Shown: one piece after another, positions 57,074-64,000 of the stretch
How positions within the stretch are numbered: position 1 is the stretch's first letter
Layout of the letters: every line of letters begins with the position of its first letter
Assembly (NCBI RefSeq): GCF_016433145.1
Contig: NC_058131.1
Location: 285,754,103 to 285,818,102 of the forward strand
Length of the DNA stretch: 64,000 nucleotides
Direction: 5' to 3'
Source of the DNA: Gracilinanus agilis
Lineage: Eukaryota
Made by a program: the position numbers and the translations under genes
The notes under the pieces: generated by a model
The model's database searches: none
Told to the model about the DNA's origin: nothing
The model's input: the letters and a program-made list of their open reading frames with translations, nothing else

Positions 57074-59216
57074 CACATAGCAGGCTGCCTTAATAAAGAC
57101 TTCATCTATTGACCACAAACCAATTTACCTGTCCTGTGGCATTCTGAAGAATAGCATTTTGCTTTTCTGCTGCAAATCCCCAGTGAGCTTTAGGAGGAGC
57201 TCTCCTTTTTGGCTATGCTATTTGCAAATAATTTACATGTGCCAACAGTAAATTTTGCTTTTTAGGTAGCAAATGGGTGAGTAGCCCTTCCTCTAACATG
57301 GCAGCCTGGCCTGTTCTACTGTGTTCATGAGAGACAAAGAGGTTTTCTGGGAAACAAAGTGTTACAAGGCAAATGGTTGTTGGCATTTTGTATTGTAGCA
57401 GAAAAGTCACAGGAGACTCAAGGTCTAATGACTCTGCCATTAACCAGCTCTGCAAAGGGTCAAAAACTGAACTTTTTTAACCTTGCGTGTACCTTTGCCA
57501 ACAATCAGAAACCTGCCTCCCTACCTCCCGAGGTTGTTAGGAGAATCAGATGAGAGATAATAGGGAAGTTAATGTCCTAGAGGATAGAGACCTACTGCTC
57601 AAGAGTCATACATGTTCCAAGATTGCATTTCCTTACTTGAAACAAATTAAACCCCACACTTTTCCACAGTCATAATGGTGATTCAGCTACCCCAAGGGTT
57701 TAGGTTCTATTTTGACTGAAAAAGAGCTCCGGTTGATATAAGCAATGAGTGGTGTGTGTGATGCAGAGGAAAGATTTCCTTTCGGGGATCCCCTGGGGTG
57801 TACTTTGCCTGGCTCCAGGCCTCTTGGTGCTCCAAGCCATACCCCCGAGTTGCTGGAACATGATGAGCTCACTATCAAGTGTACCTTGGCTACAGCCTAA
57901 AAGGGTAAAGAGGTGTAAAGAAATGAAGCCAACTGGGAGCTTGTTGACTACAGATTGGTGCGATTATCTCCAGTGGCCTAGGCTTGGAGTGACATATGCT
58001 ACCTTGAAAAGATAAACAAGAAGTTCCCCGATTCCATGAGGGAAAAATTTCTTTTTCTCCTTTCAAGCAAGAGCAAGCCTGAAACTTGCCTGAAAAAGTC
58101 CAATGGCACCATTTCCTCTTGAGGTCCCAGATGTGTGTCAGGGCAATGTGTTATATTGGAGAGAAGGATGAATTTGGAGTTAGGACCTGGGTTTGAATCC
58201 TGACCCTGCTCTTCAACTATCTGTGTGACTTCAGGCAAATCACTTTTATCTCCAGGGCTTCCATTTCAGGCTATTCAAAGTCTTGGAGCCTACGTCATCG
58301 TTTCATATGAAAATGTAACAGGAGGCATTTGGGGGGAACTACCAGGGGGCGTAGGGATGTGTGTGTGTGTTACACAAAACCTATCAATATGCAGGACAGA
58401 AGCATGATCAATATTTTGGAATGTCAGCCAGGTGAGGAGAACTAAAGGCAAAGAAGCCTGACATACTTTCAAGGAAGCACCATGCCGAACAGACAATACT
58501 ACAAGAAATGATCAAAATTCCTAATGCATTGCTCTATGTTCTGTTCAGATCAAGTCAAACAGGCTTGGGATCATTGTTTTAACTAGGAACAGGGAGCCAG
58601 GGAATTGGGCCTTGGCTGGTAATGATAGCCTGGGGTTCTTATGGTTTCTGACAATATTCGCATTGGTTCACAACTGTAGTCCCAAAATAGGGCCAGAACT
58701 TAGGTTGTCCCTCTTCAATGGACCTCTCTAACTATCCAGGAGCTTATTTGAAAACTGCTTAGACTTCTAAGCTTTAGAGAATCTCCTAGTCACACTCCCT
58801 GTTCCCTCTACCATTCAGTTCTGAAGTCCTCTACCATTTTTGCCAAGGAGAAGTTAGGTGTCCCAGACATACAATCCACATACAATTCTCCCAGCAGCCC
58901 TGATCTTGACCTCTCATAAAATGCTTTGGAACCCTGGGCTCCATTTAGGGGATGTAAGGCATCTTATAACACGGTATATCTTGGTAGCGGATTATCTCAT
59001 ATGTTAAGCAACTGGAAAAATGATTCCAAGCATAATTGTTGGAGGCGAACCACTTGGATGGGAAAGGAAGGGAGGCAAAGAGATAGAGAACCACCATCAC
59101 AAGGTCTGCTCAAGGGAATGATTGAGGAGAGGAACAGAATTAGATGTCATTCCACATACATCTTCCTCTCTGCCTGTTGGCTTCCATGGCTTCCTTTAAC
59201 AACTAAAATCCCACTT

Positions 59217-59436
59217 TTACAGAAAGCCTTTCCCAACACCTCTTAATTTTAGTGCCTTCCCTCTGTTAATATCCCATTTATCCTGTACATAGCTTATTGG
59301 TACACATTCATTTGCTTGTCTTCCCCCGTTAGATTGTAAGCTCCTTGAAGGCGGGGACTGCCTTTTGACTCTATCCCCAGCATTTAGCTCAGTGCCTGGC
59401 ACATAGTAGGTGCTTAATAATTGTTTATTGACTGAC
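59217..59436 (+). mobile_element. L2 3' end
   Basis: ttagattgtaagctccttgaaggc...agtgcctggcacatagtaggtgcttaataa. Confidence 0.88.
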
Positions 59437-59960
59437 ATGCACACAAATTTTTAGGGGTCTATCAGAGAGAAAACAACTTGGAATAACTAGGACTGAAGCT
59501 GGGAGGGGCTACTTTGGGGTCTGAAGCCAACTTGTACAGCATACAGGCTCCTGGATGCCTCTATCTGTTGTCACTAACCTGCTTTTTCCCTCATTGGGGG
59601 AACCATGACTGATTTGCCCTCTGACATAACTTTTGGAAATATCCCAGCAGCAAAGAATTGGAATCCCATTTCCGCATCCTTGGGGAAATGGCACCTGAGT
59701 TCTTCCTTAGCCCCCTCAGTTTTGGGTCTCAGACATTCTGATTAACGGTAAATAGACAGCCGATTTCTGGCTGGTGATGGGCCAAACACTGCAGAGAAGA
59801 GGGGCCCTATCTAGTTCTGGGCTCAGCAGCTTCACCATTATCTGGAAAATGAGGGCAGGAGCGGTGTCTCTCCAGTAGAAGGTGGTGGGTTAGCCTGGCC
59901 CTCCCAGATCTCCCTTTTTGATTGGCTTTTTGGTCCTCTCCTGGGCCTGGGGCTCAGGTC

Positions 59961-60533
59961 TCACCCTGTACCCCAGAGGAACTGTTTAGTCCAGAAGATG
60001 GAGAAGATTAACAGTAAGGCAACACTGAGGATGACAGCCATCAGGTAGGTAAAGATTCGGAACTGAGGGTTTCGGAAACACTCTCGAAGGGACATGTGGC
60101 TGGGGATGGGCACGGGGGCGGGAGGCAACGCCCCCTGCTGGGGTGGACCTGCTTGGCTCTCCGGTTCGACCCCCAGGTTGAGGGTGTAGACCCTGGGCTG
60201 GCGCAAGAAGTATCGGCTTTTGCGCTCATCCTTGAAGCAGAGATGGCGGCCCTCCAGAATGATGTGGTTGGGTTCTAAGCGGAGCAGGGTAAGAATGGCA
60301 GCGTCTGTGGGCAGGTCAGTCACCGGCCGGTCTGAAGCCAGGACTGTAGGGTGGCGACACAAGGGGCACAGCAGCCGGTGCCGGGAGGAAGAGACCAGGC
60401 TCAGGTGGGCCAGGCATTCGATGCAGAAGGAGTGGCGGCAGTCTAAGAGCTTGGGGGTTCGGAAAGTATTGTTGAATGAGTTCCAGCAGACCGGGCACTC
60501 TGCCTCAGGCTCTTTTCCCATTTTCTCAGCCAT
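59961..60533 (-). CDS. RNF183: E3 ubiquitin ligase RNF183 (RING-HC plus C-terminal TM helix), 190 aa, single coding exon
   Basis: CPVC...CRHSFCIEC...CPLC RING; hydrophobic IFTYLMAVILSVALLLIFSIFW tail; syntenic position 3' of PRPF4. Confidence 0.97.
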   Translation of the reverse strand: MAEKMGKEPEAECPVCWNSFNNTFRTPKLLDCRHSFCIECLAHLSLVSSSRHRLLCPLCRHPTVLASDRPVTDLPTDAAILTLLRLEPNHIILEGRHLCFKDERKSRYFLRQPRVYTLNLGVEPESQAGPPQQGALPPAPVPIPSHMSLRECFRNPQFRIFTYLMAVILSVALLLIFSIFWTKQFLWGTG

Positions 60534-63169
60534 CGCTCAGACCTGGCATCTAAGGGGCTGCTCCATCCAGGAGACTTCTAGACCGAAGGCCAAGCCTGAA
60601 CTTCTCCTAGAAGGACATCCGCCCCGCTCAGTCTTTCTGTCCTCCACAAAGACGCAACGAGTTCCCTCCCTCCGTCTTCCCTCAGCCCTCCCTCCTTCCT
60701 CCCTCTGCCACGGGACCTACACATGGTTGGATTGGTTTTTGTTTTTGTTTTTTACGTTTTTCTCAAGTGGAAAAGGGGCAGCAGCAAATCGAGTCTCTGG
60801 ATACTCTGCTTTAACGAGCTATTTGGGACAGACCACTGGAGCCCTCTGCAGCCACACAGTGGTGTGGTTCAGCGTCCAGGAGAAGGGCACAGGAGTTCTG
60901 TGCTTCCCCACGGCTGCCCTCCGGAGCGAGGAGGCAGGGCCATACGGGCTCTGTGTTCATTCATTCCCAGACCTCTCTTAGTTTGGGGGACAAACGCCCC
61001 ATCACTCACCTCCAGTGCGTTCGGGGAGGCTCGGGACAGACAGGCTGCACGCCGTCCCTGCGCTTTGGTACCAGTGAGGAAAGCCCCGGGGCGCTGCTAC
61101 TGGAAAAGGCATACATGGACACGGGATCACCATCTGGCAAGGTTCTTTTAGTCTGGAGCGCCAAGAAGCTCCAGAGGCAACCTCCAAAATCTTCTCTCCC
61201 CAATCATTACCTTCACCTCCTACCATTCAGTGGGTCTTGGCTCCTTCATCTTTCTCGCCTTGCCCTTTGTCTCTAACAAACCCCAATCCCGCCCCCCCCC
61301 CCCCGCGCACATCCCCTCCCTCCTGTTTCTAGGCCCCGCCTGCCCCGTCCCTGTGAACCCACCTGAATGCCCAGCGTGCACCTGGACTGTGGGGGCTGCC
61401 CGGAGAGGGCAGGGGGTTCCTTCTGGCCTTCCCTGCCTGCCCCGGGGCCAGCGAGTCTTCGGGAAGTGGCTTTCTACCTGGAAAATCTGCGGCTGGTTTC
61501 CATGGAAGCAGCTCAGTCAGGTACCCAGAGCCGGAGCTCAGCACTCAGTGGAAGCCCGCCTTATTCTGGGAGCCGGAGACCTCACCTGCTGGGAGAGAGC
61601 GGTTGGAGAGGGGAGGAGGCAGACTGAGGAACTCACCGGCCACCAAGAGGATTAACAGCAGAAGCAGCCCGAGCAGGGGGAGCCCAATGGGAGGTCATTG
61701 GGCCTCGCTGTTCCCTGTGGTATTACAAAATTTGTCCCAGCCTACTGAACAATGAGTGACAGAACAGGGACACAGGTGGAAGAGGAAAATTAGTGTTTGC
61801 CCTTTAAGGCTGCTAACAGAGCACAGTCAGTCAGGGAATTAGCCTCATCTTAGAAACTAAGCAGGAGAAGATAGGCAAGGCGGCACTGGTGTCCTGGAAG
61901 TCCCAGTAGCTCCCTGGAGTCCCAGGACCTGGATGTGAATCTTACCTCTAGCTGAGTGTAGCCTCAGCTATACATTAGGCTCCACCTGTGCTATCTAATT
62001 CAAGAAAGTACTAAAATCTTCCAGAAATGTGAGCTCTTAGGGGATTTTTTGTTCAGACCTGTGATATCATCTCTGTGGAGATCTCCAGGCAGTAAAGCTC
62101 TCTCTACAATAAAAATCAAGGACTATTCTGCAAGTTCCATGATGAAATAATAATTATATGGCTTTTGTGCTGTTTGTTATTGTACCATTTACACTCTGAA
62201 GGCATCTCAAAGAGCCAGATTTTGTTCAGTAGATTATGCAGCATTATTCAAGACAATCTTTTGTCCTATTACCCTGTTTATTTATATATGCAGTAGGTGC
62301 TAAGCACTTCACAATTACTATTTCATTTGATCCGCACACCAACCCAAGGAAGCAGGTGCTATCCCCATTTTATAGTTGGGGAAACTGAGACAAATAAAGG
62401 TTAAATCACCTGCTCAGGGTGACAAGGCTAGTAAATGTAGGAAGCCAGATTTCCTGGCCCCAGATCTGGTGTTCTATTCACAGGATCACCTCACTGCCTA
62501 GTTTTCATATGTTTATTATGTTTTAAAAGAACAGGAAGTACAATAAATAAAGATTCCGTTTCTTGTATAATCCCCACTTTCTGTTTTATGATGAACATAG
62601 ACATGTTCTTTTGGTGTTCGTTAAGTTCAGAATTAAAAAAAACAACAAACAAATGAAAAAAAGTCTCCGAGAGTTGCCCAGGTTGCTGAGACGCTAAGTG
62701 ACTTGGGCTGAGCCACATATCGTGAGACAGGACCTGCCTTGCCCAGGGTCACATAGCTAGGATGTATCTGAGGTCACATCTGAACCCGGGACCTTATCTT
62801 CAGACTTGGCTCTCAGGACCAGGTTGTCTTGACTTTTTTTTTTTTTTAAACAACCATTACCTTCTGTTTTATAATCAATTTTGTGTATTGGTTCCAAAGT
62901 AGAAGAACAATAAGGGCTAGGCAATGGAATGGGTGTTAAGTGACTTGACTAGGGATGTCTGAGGCCAGATTTGAACCCAGACATCCTGTCTCTAAGCCTG
63001 GCAACTCAACCCACTGAATCAACTAATTACCCCCACCCACCCACTCTACCCACACCTGTGTTGATTTGAGGCCATCTCTTGACCCTCCATGCCAGGCTGC
63101 CTTCTGGTCTTCATTTATTCATTCATTCATTTATTTATTTGTTCATTCATTTATTTGTTTGTTTGTTTT

Positions 63170-63366
63170 TTTAAAACCCTTACCTTCCATCTTGGAGTCA
63201 ATACTGTGTATTGGCTCCAAGCCAGAAGAGTGGTAAGGGTAGGCAATGGGAGTCAAGTGACTTGTCCAGGGTCACACAGCTAGGAAGTGTCTGAGGCCAG
63301 ATTTGAACCTAGGACCTCCCATTTCTAGGCCTGGCTCTCAATCCACTGAGCTACCCAGCTGCCCCC
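63170..63366 (-). mobile_element. SINE-1 (further decayed copies at ~62700-63035)
   Basis: Near-consensus reverse complement. Confidence 0.9.
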
Positions 63367-64000
63367 TCTGGTTATTATTTAGACATTGATCACTGCAGTC
63401 ATTTCCAAGTTTTTTCAATAATGGGCACAATCAGAAATCTATTTATAACCTATTATATCAAAAAGAGAAAAAAATAATCCATAGATTCAGATGTTCTTCC
63501 AGGAAATTTTCATCCGATGCTTCCTAGTGGTAAGGAGATGGTCCTGGGCTCCAGGAGTTATGGAAGGGCCTGGGGAGGTCACCCTCAGTCCCTGACAATT
63601 ATGGAAGGTATTTCCAGTGGCTCACAAGTTGAGAGAGGTCCTTCAAAGCCAGGCTGATTTCTTGTATGGAGTCAAGTTCAAAAACACAGTCGTGTACCCA
63701 AGGACCAGCCTTCCTCAGTTTAGAGAGATTCATTGGCCTCTTCTGGGCTCTCTCCAGATATCTCGTCCTAATCACCTGCCACATTAACACGATGAGAAAT
63801 GTTGTTTCTGGGGTCTTCTCTCCTCTCCCTGGTGACTCCCTGGAACCACCATCTGTAGGAAGGGCCCCAGCCTTTTTCAACCTTACTCTTGCCTAGACTC
63901 TCTCCAGAGTTCTCTTCCTCCTTACCTGCCATATCATATCCCTTTGAGGTACCCCTCATCTGTCCCCCTAACACCCCTACAGATTTTTAGAATTTTTTTA

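Noticed and set aside
60220-60981. 253-aa plus-strand ORF
   Set aside because: TTG start; antisense shadow of RNF183 continuing into low-complexity sequence

Overview
Marsupial genomic DNA, most likely gray short-tailed opossum (Monodelphis domestica), judged from abundant SINE-1/Mdo-type SINEs, marsupial L1 ends and opossum-type hAT MITEs. It is syntenic to human 9q32. Four intact genes were reconstructed exon by exon with GT-AG junctions and consistent phases: SLC31A1/CTR1 (+, 4 coding exons, 190 aa; its non-coding exon 1 is probably upstream of the window), CDC26 (-, 2 coding exons, 85 aa), PRPF4 (+, 14 exons, 523 aa) and RNF183 (-, 1 coding exon, 190 aa). CDC26 and PRPF4 share a bidirectional CpG promoter near 37.4-38.3 kb. 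The SLC31A1-CDC26 intergenic region is a deep transposon nest: an L2 whose endonuclease frame reopens once two solo LTRs are removed, plus a third solo LTR, L1s and SINEs, most with readable target-site duplications (TSDs). There is a 145-N assembly gap. I found no convincing new protein-coding system. The best leads are: (1) loss or relocation of the CTR1 N-terminal ATCUN copper site, (2) a candidate CDC26 5'UTR exon carrying a uORF, (3) a 138-bp ~91% inverted duplication and a candidate poison exon in PRPF4 intron 9, (4) inverted SINEs flanking PRPF4 exons 4-5, and (5) candidate polyA signals derived from L2. Human reference comparisons come from recalled sequences and should be re-checked by alignment.
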